A stretch of DNA of 38,346 bases from Polyangiales bacterium (GCA_041581895.1 JBFICQ010000002.1:1-38346); one strand, 5' to 3'; numbered from the stretch's first letter, positions 22,604 to 31,899 are shown. Notes: a model not told the origin generated them from the sequence alone. A program made the numbers and translations.

Positions 22604-25600
22604 GTGCTCGCGAGCTCACGCCAGTTGTCTGGCAGCGATCGAAGGTGCAAATCCCGCTGCGGGAAGGCGATTTCGATCCCAGTGTCTTTGAAGGCTTTGT
22701 CGATCGCCATGTGTAGCTCGTGCCGAACGGGGAAAACCGAGGAGACGTGTCGAATGAAGACTCGAAGCTCAAACGAAAGCGCGCTGTCGCCAAAGCCAAG
22801 GAAGAGGACCTGAGGAGGAGGGTCACTCAACACACGGCGGTTTTCGGTCGCCACCCGCTGGAGCACCTCGATCGCTTGCTCGGTGTCCGACCCGTAGGCG
22901 ATCCCGACGGGGATCTCGACTCTCAAGACAGCATCGGAAAGGGTCCAGTTGATGAGCTGCCCGGTGACGAAGGTCTTGTTTGGAACGACGAGCTCTTTTC
23001 GGTCGAACCCCGTAATCCACGTCGCACGGATTTGAATTTTGGTCACCGTGCCGCTGATCTCCCCCACGGTCACCGTATCCCCGACGCGGATGGGGCGCTC
23101 GAAAAGAATGATCAGACCAGAAATGAAGTTCGCAAAGATCTCTTGAAGGCCGAAGCCGAGCCCCAAACCCACCGCGGCGACGAGCCATTGAATGCTCGAC
23201 CAACCGACGCCGATCGCATCGAAGGCGAGCGCGATGCCCGCGAGGGCGACGGCATACTTGACGATGGTCGCGTAGGCATAGCGCTCTCCGGGCCCGAAAC
23301 GACGGAGGGCGGTCGCTTCGAGCAGCCCTGGCAGGTTGCGAATCAGCGCGAGGGACAGAAGCCCAATCAGGAACGCTCGAAATACATCCGCGAGCGTGAC
23401 GGGAACCGAACGTGCCTCGGTATGCACACGTTCGATACCGGACGGATCGAGCTCGGTGAATGTAACCATCTTGGTCACGGTCCACAGCTCGACCTGCCTA
23501 AGTATCCGCGCGGCCGGCAAGAGGTCGGCCCAGATCGCCAAAACACCGAGAAGGGCGACCAGCATTGCGGTGCCGAACATCAAGCGGCTGACTTGGATTC
23601 CCGAGGTGACAGCCGCCGGCTTTTCGTTTGGTGGCTCTTTGTCGAGCTCAGCTCGCCGTGCCGCGATCATCGTCCACCTCGCGATCAGTTGCACGATGAT
23701 GACCAGCAAGAACAGAAACACCAGGGTTAGGTGCACCCGAGTCGCGAACTGAAGGGTGGTCCAGTAAAAGCCCCGAAGCGCGGCAATCGCCAGCCCGATG
23801 GGTACTGCAAGTGCTGCGGCCTGCGCGATGCGGAAGGTCACCGAGCGGCGCCGGACGCGGGTCGGGGTGAGCCCGGACGCCGCGCCATCGGGCCTCAACG
23901 CCAGATAGTTGAAGACTGCGATGGCAAGCATGGTCAACACGAAGACGATGCGCCCGACAGATTCTCGCCAGACATCTTCGCCCCGCATCTCGAATGTGAG
24001 GATCACGAAGGTCGCGGGGATCATCACGGCACTCAGCCAAGTAACGTCGCGCCAAAGGGCATGCGCCTGTCGCCCGGACCAATCGCAATGCGCTTCCGCG
24101 ACCCCGCCTCTGCGCGCGATCTGCCGCGTGAGCGCCAATGTGAACCACAGACCAGATACGCCCACCATCCCGTGAGCAATGCTGCGCGTGTATAGCGTGG
24201 CAGCGGGCGACGCGCCCAATCTCCAACCAAAATAGGAGAGCAGAGCGGGTAACCAGGCAGCGACCACGACTGTTAGCGCCAACGCCTCTACGGTCGGTCC
24301 GTAGCGGACGCAGTCCGGACGCGCGGCCTGTTGGCCTAACTCGCGAATGCGGTCGTGAAGGCGTCGCCGCATTGGAGCGAACAACAGCACCAAGAGCAGC
24401 GCGAGGAGGTTCACCGGCCAAAGCCGCGTCGCTGCGTCCACGACACCGCGGCCAAGCTGTTTCAAATAACGGGGGCCAAAGAGCCATGCCAGCGCGTCGC
24501 TTCCGTCGGATAGAATGTCAGCCTCCACTGCCCTTCCGATCGGAATCCAGAGAATGCGCTCGTCGATGAAGTCGAGCAGACTCTGGGTGCGGTCGATCAA
24601 CTCTTGCTGCCGCGCATCAAAATCCACGAGCTTCTGAAAGTACGTCTCGTAATCTTCGAGAAGCGCATCCATGTACTTGCGTTGAGTTTCGAAGAGTTGG
24701 CGCAAGAGAGCTTCGAGCTTTTTTCTCTCTTCGGGCGCGATGGGCTCATCGATGGAAGCCAGCGCTTCATCCACCAGGGCATCGATGTCGCCGAGGGCTT
24801 GACGCTGCTCACGCAGCCGGATCTGCTGTAGCTGGACGTCCCCGATGCGTTCCTGCCGCATTCGGATGAAACGACGGTACATGCCGATGTCAGGCGCATC
24901 CGCTCGCTGTCGCCGAAGCAAAACCCCGACCGAATCCGCGAGCCCAACGGCTTCGACTCGCGCGGCCAAGCGGGCGAGCTCACGCTCCAAAGCGGCGATC
25001 TTCTGCTCGGCACGCGAGAGCTTTTCACTCACGTCGTCGATCTGTTCGACGACCCCGTCTTCTCCGGTCCACAGGTCAGCAAGCTCCGCGTTTTGTGCGG
25101 CCATCTCGCGAAACATCTTTTCGAAGCTCTTGGGTGCGGCCTTGAGCTCTTCCAGCAACCGCTGGGTTGCTTCGTTCTCGCGCTCGACCTCGATGCGACC
25201 GCGACGCTTGATAGCTTCGCGGAGCTCCGACGACAGCGTTTCGTGATAAGCGATGCGAAGCGTTGCACGATCGCGTTGCTTGTTGAGCAATCGTCCTCGC
25301 GCTTCATAGCTTGCAAGCTCGTTCTGGTAAGCCTCGATTTCACTGTCTAATACTTCGCGCTTCAAGCTCTCGAGGACCCCCAGCGCCTTGGACAACGCCG
25401 GATCGCCGCTCGCAGGAGGGGCCGGTCCGATGTCGAGAGCGCTACGCTTCTGTTTGGCCAATGCGAGCAGCTCGGGAATCTTCTTTCTCCGCTCGGAGCG
25501 CAGGGCCGCTTCGGCATCGAGCTCCATTGCTTCGCGCCGTGCTGCCGAGAGATCTTGCTCGGCTTCGAGCAACCGTGCATCGAGCTCGAACACGCTGGCG

Positions 25601-25926
25601 TCTTTGGGCACGACGATGTCTTCACGTGCCTTGAGCTCATCGATTTCCCGGTCGATGATCTGCACGCGCGTCGCGGCCTGCTCCCAGGCACGCTGATAGC
25701 CGCGGGACTTCTCTTTCCACTCGCGGAGTCGCTGACGGAGATCAGCAACCCTGTCTTCGATCTCCCCGAGCTCGAGGGATTCTTCGTCGTCGGCTGTGTC
25801 GGGAGCGCCTGGCAGCGGAGTCTGTTGTGCGAGGGTCTGGCCCGGGGCCATCGGAACGGCGAGGCAAAGCGCGAGGAAGACCAGCCACGGCAGCCGACGG
25901 CCCGCTCTCGCTTGTTCGCCCCGCAT
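22600..25926 (-). CDS. Large mechanosensitive channel, MscK/MscM (KefA)-like
   Basis: The 1108-aa protein has a signal peptide, a long coiled-coil periplasmic region (Glu/Arg/Leu heptads), about 11 TM helices and a C-terminal MscS core: ISGLIILFERPIRVGDTVTVGEISGTVTKIQIRATWITGFDRKELVVPNKTFVTGQLINWT. Confidence 0.85.
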   Translation of the reverse strand: MRGEQARAGRRLPWLVFLALCLAVPMAPGQTLAQQTPLPGAPDTADDEESLELGEIEDRVADLRQRLREWKEKSRGYQRAWEQAATRVQIIDREIDELKAREDIVVPKDASVFELDARLLEAEQDLSAARREAMELDAEAALRSERRKKIPELLALAKQKRSALDIGPAPPASGDPALSKALGVLESLKREVLDSEIEAYQNELASYEARGRLLNKQRDRATLRIAYHETLSSELREAIKRRGRIEVERENEATQRLLEELKAAPKSFEKMFREMAAQNAELADLWTGEDGVVEQIDDVSEKLSRAEQKIAALERELARLAARVEAVGLADSVGVLLRRQRADAPDIGMYRRFIRMRQERIGDVQLQQIRLREQRQALGDIDALVDEALASIDEPIAPEERKKLEALLRQLFETQRKYMDALLEDYETYFQKLVDFDARQQELIDRTQSLLDFIDERILWIPIGRAVEADILSDGSDALAWLFGPRYLKQLGRGVVDAATRLWPVNLLALLLVLLFAPMRRRLHDRIRELGQQAARPDCVRYGPTVEALALTVVVAAWLPALLSYFGWRLGASPAATLYTRSIAHGMVGVSGLWFTLALTRQIARRGGVAEAHCDWSGRQAHALWRDVTWLSAVMIPATFVILTFEMRGEDVWRESVGRIVFVLTMLAIAVFNYLALRPDGAASGLTPTRVRRRSVTFRIAQAAALAVPIGLAIAALRGFYWTTLQFATRVHLTLVFLFLLVIIVQLIARWTMIAARRAELDKEPPNEKPAAVTSGIQVSRLMFGTAMLVALLGVLAIWADLLPAARILRQVELWTVTKMVTFTELDPSGIERVHTEARSVPVTLADVFRAFLIGLLSLALIRNLPGLLEATALRRFGPGERYAYATIVKYAVALAGIALAFDAIGVGWSSIQWLVAAVGLGLGFGLQEIFANFISGLIILFERPIRVGDTVTVGEISGTVTKIQIRATWITGFDRKELVVPNKTFVTGQLINWTLSDAVLRVEIPVGIAYGSDTEQAIEVLQRVATENRRVLSDPPPQVLFLGFGDSALSFELRVFIRHVSSVFPVRHELHMAIDKAFKDTGIEIAFPQRDLHLRSLPDNWRELAST

Positions 25927-26000
25927 GAGAACCCCTTTACCACAGGCCTCGGCGAGGCCTGTGGGTCCGTATCCGCGGCCTCGGGTGCCTGGCTCCGATT

Positions 26001-26024
26001 CCTTTATTAGTGTATTATTATTAT
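26001..26024 (+). promoter_or_regulatory. AT-rich promoter-like patch with a (TAT)4 run immediately upstream of the FG-GAP gene
   Basis: cctttattagtgtattattattat is strikingly AT-rich for this window. TATTAT at 26013-26018 lies 6 nt before the ATG at 26025, which fits leaderless geometry. Confidence 0.35.
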
Positions 26025-28181
26025 ATGATTGCTTATGAGCTTAGACTTTCGCTCGTCCTGGCGGCGATGATTGCCGCGGGAGGCTGTGGCGGAAGCGGGA
26101 CCGGTGGCGGCCCCCGCGGGGGCGCAGGAGGTACCGGCGGCGCGGGCGGAGCCGGGGGAGGTGGTGTCTGCGAGTCCGCTCTCCTTTGCGGCGCGCCGGC
26201 GGTATGTTGCGGCGCGGGAGAAGAGTGCTTTGCGGGCGTGTGCGTTGCGCCGTGCCCCTCCGGGGTCCGGTGTGGCAGTGATGGCTCGGTCTGCTGCGAT
26301 GCGGGTGACGTCTGTTTGGCGAGCCAGTGCGCCACGCCTGGCGCTGACTGCACGGACAGCTTCGACTGCGCGGAGGGCGAGTTCTGCGAGCCGACCTTGG
26401 GCAAATGCCTGCCTCAACCGGAGGGGCCACTTTGCGAGCTGCGGCCCGAGAACGTCACCTTCGAGCCGACCATCGAATGGCACTGGGAGGGATGGAGCGT
26501 GGATCCGACCTTCAAGCAGGTCCAGAGCACCCCAGCGATCGCCGACATCGATGGCGATGGGCTCCCCGAGGTGGCGACCGTGGCCTACAAAGACTCGAGC
26601 AACAACATGCTCATTGTGCTTAACGGAGAGGATGGCTCGGAGAACCTGATGATCCCCGTGAGCACTTACAACGTGCGGTGGGGAACGGGGCCTGCGGTTG
26701 GAAACATGGATGCCGACGCCGAACTCGAAATCGTCTTCATGACGAGCGCACCACGACAGTTGGTCGTCATCGAGCATGATGGCACGGAGAGGTGGACCGC
26801 CGCGCTCAGCGGAACCGGTCAAGGTTATCCTGCCTTGGCCAATCTCGATGCGGATCCGGAACCCGAGGTCGTCATCGGGGGCCAATGGTTCGACAACGAT
26901 GGAACGCTAATCCAGGACAAAGGCTGGCTGGCTCAGAACGGGGAGTGGAGTGTCTCTGCCATCGCTGATATTAGCGGAGACGGGCAACCGGACATCGTCG
27001 GCGGCAACGTCGTCTATCACGTGGACGGCACGGAAGTCTGGCGCAACAACAGCGTACCCGATGGCTTCGTCGCCGTGGCGGACATGAACCGTGACACCAT
27101 TCCGGATGTCGTTTCGATCAGCGGCGGCAACGCACGCGTTCTCAGTGGAAACGACGGAAGCGTGGTCTTCGGACCCGTTGCGATCCCAGGCGGAGGGACC
27201 GGTGGGGCACCTACGGTAGCGGACTTCGACGGAGACGGTCGACCTGAATTCGCGGCAGCGGGTCGCGGGCAATACGCAGTCTACGACTTGGATTGCACTG
27301 CCACCGGTGAAGCATCGTTTTGCGGTAGCAGCCGCACGGATGGCATTTTGTGGTCGCTCGTGGTCCAGGACCTGTCGTCCAGCGTGACGGGCTCGAGTGT
27401 CTTCGACTTCGAGGGCGATGGCGAAGCTGAAGTCATCTACAACGATGAGTGCACCCTCTACATTTTGGCCGGCAAGACGGGTGAAAAGCTGCTCGAAATG
27501 GCGAATTCCTCACGCACGGCGGCGGAATACCCACTCATCGTCGATGTCGATGCGGATGGGAACTCGGAGTTCATCGTGCCGGCCAACGACGACCAGATCG
27601 TGCGTGATGGCTGCGCGGTCGGAACGCACGGTCTTTTCGCGTTTGGCGACATCAACGACAAGTGGGTCCGCACACGACGAGTGTGGAACCAGCACAGCTA
27701 CCACGTGACCAATGTCGATGCGTCGGGTGTAATCCCCGCGGTGGAGAGCGATAGTTGGTCGGGGGAAGGTCTGAATAACTACCGACAGAACGTGCAGGGA
27801 GAGGGCGTGTTCAATGCACCGGATCTCTCCGTGGCCGGCCTTTCGGTAGACGCGAGCTCGTGCCCGAGCTCAATCGGAATTCAGGCTCAGATCGCGAACT
27901 CGGGGTCACTAGGCGTCGAAGCGGGTGTGCCCGTGGGGTTCTACCAAGGTGTGCTACCCGATGGATCCTTGCTTGGATTCGAAATGACCACCGTTCCACT
28001 GCTGCCGGGCCAAACCGAGACACTCGTTCTGGATTTCACGCCGGCGGGCAACGACACGGGACCGTGGGACTTTTACGTCACGGTGGATGACGAGGCTGCG
28101 GCGTTGTCGCTCGTGGCGGAATGTGGCGAGGACAACAATAATGGCACCATCGGGGCCGCCGGATGTATCGTGGTACAATGA
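26025..28181 (+). CDS. Secreted lipoprotein: Gly-rich linker, Cys-rich repeats, FG-GAP/VCBS beta-propeller, C-terminal CARDB-like domain
   Basis: The signal peptide and Cys read MIAYELRLSLVLAAMIAAGGCGG. There are three CC/C-x-G-x-x-C repeats: AVCCGAGEECFAGVC, SVCCDAGDVCLASQC and FDCAEGEFCEPTLGKC. At least 8 FG-GAP Ca-binding-like loops are present: DIDGDGLPEV, NMDADAELEIV, NLDADPEPEVV, DISGDGQPDIV, DMNRDTIPDVV, DFDGDGRPEF, DFEGDGEAEVIY and DVDADGNSEFIV. The tail APDLSVAGLSVD...IANSGSLGV...LVLDFTP is CARDB-like. Confidence 0.8.
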   Translation: MIAYELRLSLVLAAMIAAGGCGGSGTGGGPRGGAGGTGGAGGAGGGGVCESALLCGAPAVCCGAGEECFAGVCVAPCPSGVRCGSDGSVCCDAGDVCLASQCATPGADCTDSFDCAEGEFCEPTLGKCLPQPEGPLCELRPENVTFEPTIEWHWEGWSVDPTFKQVQSTPAIADIDGDGLPEVATVAYKDSSNNMLIVLNGEDGSENLMIPVSTYNVRWGTGPAVGNMDADAELEIVFMTSAPRQLVVIEHDGTERWTAALSGTGQGYPALANLDADPEPEVVIGGQWFDNDGTLIQDKGWLAQNGEWSVSAIADISGDGQPDIVGGNVVYHVDGTEVWRNNSVPDGFVAVADMNRDTIPDVVSISGGNARVLSGNDGSVVFGPVAIPGGGTGGAPTVADFDGDGRPEFAAAGRGQYAVYDLDCTATGEASFCGSSRTDGILWSLVVQDLSSSVTGSSVFDFEGDGEAEVIYNDECTLYILAGKTGEKLLEMANSSRTAAEYPLIVDVDADGNSEFIVPANDDQIVRDGCAVGTHGLFAFGDINDKWVRTRRVWNQHSYHVTNVDASGVIPAVESDSWSGEGLNNYRQNVQGEGVFNAPDLSVAGLSVDASSCPSSIGIQAQIANSGSLGVEAGVPVGFYQGVLPDGSLLGFEMTTVPLLPGQTETLVLDFTPAGNDTGPWDFYVTVDDEAAALSLVAECGEDNNNGTIGAAGCIVVQ

Positions 28182-28226
28182 CCATGATCTCCCGTTTTTC
28201 TAGCTGTTTTTGCATCCTGCTGTGAA

Positions 28227-28733
28227 ATGTCGATAATCCCTAGCATGGGGGAGTTCCCGACAGTCAGCGGGCCGCCTACCGGTGTTGGCCTCGTGTTCGA
28301 CGTCTCGATGTGGCCACTCGTGGTGATCACCATGCCGCCGGTGATGGTCGAAGAAGACATCGCGTATATGCGTGAGTGCTACGAACGCGTCTTCGCAGCA
28401 GGCAATCGGCATGCGTTGATCGTCGACACGACCAAAATCGCTCGTGTGCCCCAAGCTACCATGCGCCGGCAATTGAAAGAGTTTGAGGACAGCAAGCGAC
28501 CGACCATACGCAAAAAGAACATCGGAAGCGCGATTATCATCCAGAGCGCCATCGTGCGCGGTGCATACACGGCGCTGAGGTGGATCTCGCCACAGCCTGC
28601 CCCAAACAAGGCCTTCTCCACGATGGAGGCCGCCGCGAGGTGGTGCGTGGAGGGCATCGAAGCGGATGGACAGCTCGTGCCGATCGCAGCCTATGCCCTC
28701 GCAAATCCTTCGAAGACCCAAGCGAGCGGCTGA
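28227..28733 (+). CDS. Hypothetical protein (168 aa)
   Basis: The amino-acid composition is balanced and protein-like (MRECYERVFAAGNRHALIVDTTKIARVPQATMRRQLKEFEDSKRPTIRKKNIGSAIIIQSAIVRGAYTAL), unlike the Arg-rich antisense ORF 28200-29054. I did not recognise a family, though it may have a STAS/SpoIIAA-like fold. Confidence 0.5.
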   Translation: MSIIPSMGEFPTVSGPPTGVGLVFDVSMWPLVVITMPPVMVEEDIAYMRECYERVFAAGNRHALIVDTTKIARVPQATMRRQLKEFEDSKRPTIRKKNIGSAIIIQSAIVRGAYTALRWISPQPAPNKAFSTMEAAARWCVEGIEADGQLVPIAAYALANPSKTQASG

Positions 28734-28762
28734 CGTACGAAAACCGACGCCGCTGCGGACCT

Positions 28763-29782
28763 TCAGGCAGCCTGATCCCCCTCGGCGCGAATGACGCTTC
28801 GCGGCGAGCTCAAGAGCTGCGCGAGCCAGGACCATTCCTCGGACTGCGAAGCAGTGATTCGCACGATGATCGTGAGCGGAACCGAGAGAAGGGCGCCCAC
28901 TGGGCCAAGCACGAAGCCCCAAAAGACCATCGATAGCACGACGACCGTCGGCGAGAGATCGGTCGCGTCGCCAGCCCATCGCGGTTCTATCCCGATGCCG
29001 ATCAGCCCGTTGATCGCAAAATAGCCGGCCGCAAGTCCGATAGCTGGGCCCCACCCCAAGGTGACCAAACCGAGGGCGATCGCCGGAATCGAGGCGAGGA
29101 TGCTACCCACGCTGGGGATATAGTTGAGGACGAACGCAAGGAGCCCGAAGAGTAGCGAGTGACCGAGCCCAACTACCGTCGTCAGCCCGGCAACCAGCAA
29201 ACCCGTCGCGGAGCTCGTCACGGTCTTGATCCATAGGTACTGCTGAACGTCGCGCGCAGCCCTACGGAGCACGTTGACGTCCATCCTGCCCAATGTATCG
29301 ATGCTCGCGAGCTTCTTTGAAAACGACGAGCTTTCGACGACGAGAAAGACCGTGATCAGTAGCACCAACAACCCCGAGGAGACGATGCTCAGCGCGAGCG
29401 TGAAGCCCGGAACGGCGAGGCCTCGAACGAGCTCGCCGGGATCGAACTCGGTAACCGCCGTCGCGGGAATCCCGAGTCCCTGGCTCCATAGCCATGTGGC
29501 GAGCTCAACCTGAACTCGGTCCCAATCGTTGCGGTACTGGCCGAAGGCCGCTCCAAAATCTGTCGCCGCCCGCGTCGTCAAGAAGCCTAAGCCCATGACC
29601 ACGGCCACCGCCGCGAGGCACGCGAGTAGCACCGTGAGCCACCTCGGAAGCCCTTTTTCGGTCAGATCGACGATCCTGGAGAGACTGATCGCGATCAAGC
29701 TCGCCAACAGCACGGGGATCACGATCGCGCGCCCCAAGCTGAGCACTACCAGGAAGATTCCAAACGCGGCTAAGCGAACCAT
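28763..29782 (-). CDS. AI-2E family transporter (PerM/UPF0118)
   Basis: This polytopic membrane protein has the family-typical LLFGLLAFVLNYIPSVGSILASIPAIALGLV and a following GIGIEPRWAGD segment. Confidence 0.75.
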   Translation of the reverse strand: MVRLAAFGIFLVVLSLGRAIVIPVLLASLIAISLSRIVDLTEKGLPRWLTVLLACLAAVAVVMGLGFLTTRAATDFGAAFGQYRNDWDRVQVELATWLWSQGLGIPATAVTEFDPGELVRGLAVPGFTLALSIVSSGLLVLLITVFLVVESSSFSKKLASIDTLGRMDVNVLRRAARDVQQYLWIKTVTSSATGLLVAGLTTVVGLGHSLLFGLLAFVLNYIPSVGSILASIPAIALGLVTLGWGPAIGLAAGYFAINGLIGIGIEPRWAGDATDLSPTVVVLSMVFWGFVLGPVGALLSVPLTIIVRITASQSEEWSWLAQLLSSPRSVIRAEGDQAA

Positions 29783-29851
29783 GGCAAGAGATTAGCAGAC
29801 ACCGCACCTACGCACGGCGTGGCAGCGTCAGAGGCACCGAGCGTCAAGGAA

Positions 29852-30232
29852 CTACTCGGTCTTGCCGATGAAAAGCTTCAAGGCGGAGACCCCAGTAACC
29901 CTCATGGTTCCGATGATGTAGGTCGAGGAGATGACGCCGTCAAAGGCGGCGACTCCATACTCATAAGGCGTCGCGAGCCCCTGCGGCACACCGTACAGAA
30001 TGCTGACTACGGCGGTAAGCCGCACGAGCCCCTGCCAAAAGATGACCGGCGCGCGTACTGCGATGTCTTTGGACGACCACATCAACGCTGCGCCGGCAAA
30101 CAGGAGGAACGCGCCGAGGGTCATCAGTGACACGAAGGTCCCCTCCTCGGGATTGGTGAGCGGCTGCGTCCAGACTCCAAGGCCGATCAAGATGTCGAGA
30201 AACCCGGTAATCCAAACGAACTTCCTAAACAT
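29852..30232 (-). CDS. Small 4-TM membrane protein of unknown function
   Basis: The gene starts at MFRKFVWITGFLDILIGLGVW and has a strong AGGAGAG RBS 5 nt upstream. The product is 126 aa. The upstream part of the track ORF (to 30553) has no coding character. Confidence 0.55.
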   Translation of the reverse strand: MFRKFVWITGFLDILIGLGVWTQPLTNPEEGTFVSLMTLGAFLLFAGAALMWSSKDIAVRAPVIFWQGLVRLTAVVSILYGVPQGLATPYEYGVAAFDGVISSTYIIGTMRVTGVSALKLFIGKTE

Positions 30233-30498
30233 GGTGCTCTCCTGTTGCGCTCGGGCTTGAACCAGCCGCGCGAGTCTATGCGATAGTCGCAGCCCTGTCA
30301 CAGCGCCGTGGTACGACGATTCGTTAGGCAACCCAGACCAGTCCCAAACACCGAGTACGAGCGCGGAGACGCTCGGGTTCTGTGAGGGAGCGCACGATCC
30401 TGCTCCGTTGAAGTTGACGTTGGAAAAGCCGGCCCTGACACTGAAAGTGGGGTGTGCGACCTGCTTGGGTCGCTCAGCGTCAACGCTTAGGGGGACCG

Positions 30499-31230
30499 AT
30501 GAGGCAGTTTGCTTGTATCTTGGGTGTGGCTTTGATGATGGCGTCCGGTGCATCCGCGCAGGTGATGCCGACGACGATTTCCGGCGACCAGGAGGACGTG
30601 GAACTCACGCCGCCCGAGGAGCCAGCCGACCAGCCCACTGAAGAGAAGTCGAGCGTCTACACCAAACGCGTCGGCGGCCTCGTGTGGCTCGAAGCGATGG
30701 CTGGACCATCTCGTTGGGATGTTACTCGATTCCGCAATTTGGACTTCATTCCAGCGGAGTTCGCTAGTCAGATCCCGTCGCTCGTAGTCACCGGCCCGGA
30801 GTTCGGCGCAGCGCTGAAGTTTCGCGCGGGCTCGACGACGGTAGGTGGCCACTTCAAGAGAGCCAACTACGACCCGTTCGACCTGATCACCGTGGGCCTC
30901 GATTTCGGCTTTCTCATTCGCGCGGTGCCTTACGTTCACCCGACGATCAAGCTCGGTTTGAACTACTACACGACCAAAGGCGGTCTAGCCCTGCCCGGCT
31001 TCGAGGACGCGCTCACGGACGTAAAAACGGACGGCGGAGGAGCATCGATTGGCTTGGGTCTTCGCATTCCGCTCATAAAGTGGGTTTCGCTGGCGGCCGA
31101 CTTCGACTACTCGATAATCGGATTGGCAGTGCGAGGCACCGAGCAGATTACCGGCACGGAGCAATCGTTCACGGGGGGCACTGGCGGGACCGCGATCGCC
31201 GGCACGTTTGCCCTCACGATCCACCTCTAG
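30499..31230 (+). CDS. Putative outer-membrane beta-barrel protein
   Basis: The signal peptide is MRQFACILGVALMMASGASAQ, with an AGGGGGA RBS upstream. An acidic linker is followed by alternating hydrophobic/polar strands (GASIGLGLRIPLIKWVSLAADFDYSIIGLAV...AIAGTFALTIHL). Confidence 0.45.
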   Translation: MRQFACILGVALMMASGASAQVMPTTISGDQEDVELTPPEEPADQPTEEKSSVYTKRVGGLVWLEAMAGPSRWDVTRFRNLDFIPAEFASQIPSLVVTGPEFGAALKFRAGSTTVGGHFKRANYDPFDLITVGLDFGFLIRAVPYVHPTIKLGLNYYTTKGGLALPGFEDALTDVKTDGGGASIGLGLRIPLIKWVSLAADFDYSIIGLAVRGTEQITGTEQSFTGGTGGTAIAGTFALTIHL

Positions 31231-31874
31231 GCTTTGGCGACCGCCTCGTGATGACGACGTCGGCCGACTCCTAGATGGAACAAGGCCAGTCCCACTAGGC
31301 CGAGTGCGAACGCAGCCACGTAAAACGTCCCTGCCGACGGGTTTGCCTCCGTGAAGAAATTGGCGATTTGCTTTTCGCCCCACATGACCGGTGTGAACGG
31401 TTCCACCTTGATCGGAGCTCTCGGATCGAGGTCGTGCCCAAACGTGTAGAGTTTGTAGTAGAGCCTGCCAAGGCCGAATATCCCCGCGTAAGACGTCAAG
31501 ACGAGCAAATCGATCAGATCGCGCACCTTTCCGATCACGGCGGTCCGCAACGCGAGAATGATCATGCCGATGAAAAGGAACGGAATCCAATCGAGATCGG
31601 TCAGCTCGGAACGGTCGATCGGTCGCATTCCAATGTAGTGGTTGAGTGTGCTGACCTCCTGAATGTCCGCGCCATCGTGCCCACCATCGACCTTGTAGGA
31701 GTAGATGTAGAGGTCGAGACCTTCGGGGTACTGAGGCGCGGTCATTCGAATATGCCACATGGGAGCTGTGAAGCTCGCAACCACGAGAAGCGTCAAAAGC
31801 GCCAGAGCGACGCGTGACCACGGAAACAGTGGCTCGTCCAGGAACCGATAAAACGCGTCCAAAGCCTTTGTCAT
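31227..31874 (-). CDS. 4-TM membrane protein co-transcribed with the nos genes (possible NosB-like accessory protein)
   Basis: A strong AGGAGGAGG RBS lies upstream and the gene starts 25 nt after nosY. There are four predicted TM helices. The periplasmic loop contains MTAPQYPEGLDLYIYSYKVDGGHDGADIQEVSTLNHYIGMRP. The NosB designation is inferred from context only. Confidence 0.4.
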   Translation of the reverse strand: MTKALDAFYRFLDEPLFPWSRVALALLTLLVVASFTAPMWHIRMTAPQYPEGLDLYIYSYKVDGGHDGADIQEVSTLNHYIGMRPIDRSELTDLDWIPFLFIGMIILALRTAVIGKVRDLIDLLVLTSYAGIFGLGRLYYKLYTFGHDLDPRAPIKVEPFTPVMWGEKQIANFFTEANPSAGTFYVAAFALGLVGLALFHLGVGRRRHHEAVAKA

Positions 31875-31899
31875 CTAGCCTCCTCCTAGCTTCCCTCGG

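Noticed and set aside
26013-26024. (TAT)4 trinucleotide run, considered as a slipped-strand phase-variation tract
   Set aside because: Four units is too short for appreciable slippage. It lies at or upstream of the probable start codon, and any change would be in-frame. It is more simply part of an AT-rich promoter.
26007-26885. 292-aa minus-strand ORF, plus the Pro/Arg-rich ORFs at 26033-26430, opposite the FG-GAP gene
   Set aside because: They are the complement of the Gly/Cys-rich repeat region, where poly-Gly codons read as poly-Pro on the other strand. They have no start context and no domains.
28200-29054. 284-aa minus-strand ORF overlapping the 168-aa plus-strand gene and the AI-2E transporter 3' end
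   Set aside because: It has an extremely Arg-rich, nonsense-like composition. It is out of frame with the AI-2E gene that it overlaps on the same strand.
30985-31821. 278-aa minus-strand ORF across the beta-barrel / nos 4-TM gene junction
   Set aside because: It is an Arg/Ser/Gly-rich alternative frame of the 4-TM gene. It lacks an RBS, whereas the chosen frame has AGGAGGAGG and clean TM helices.
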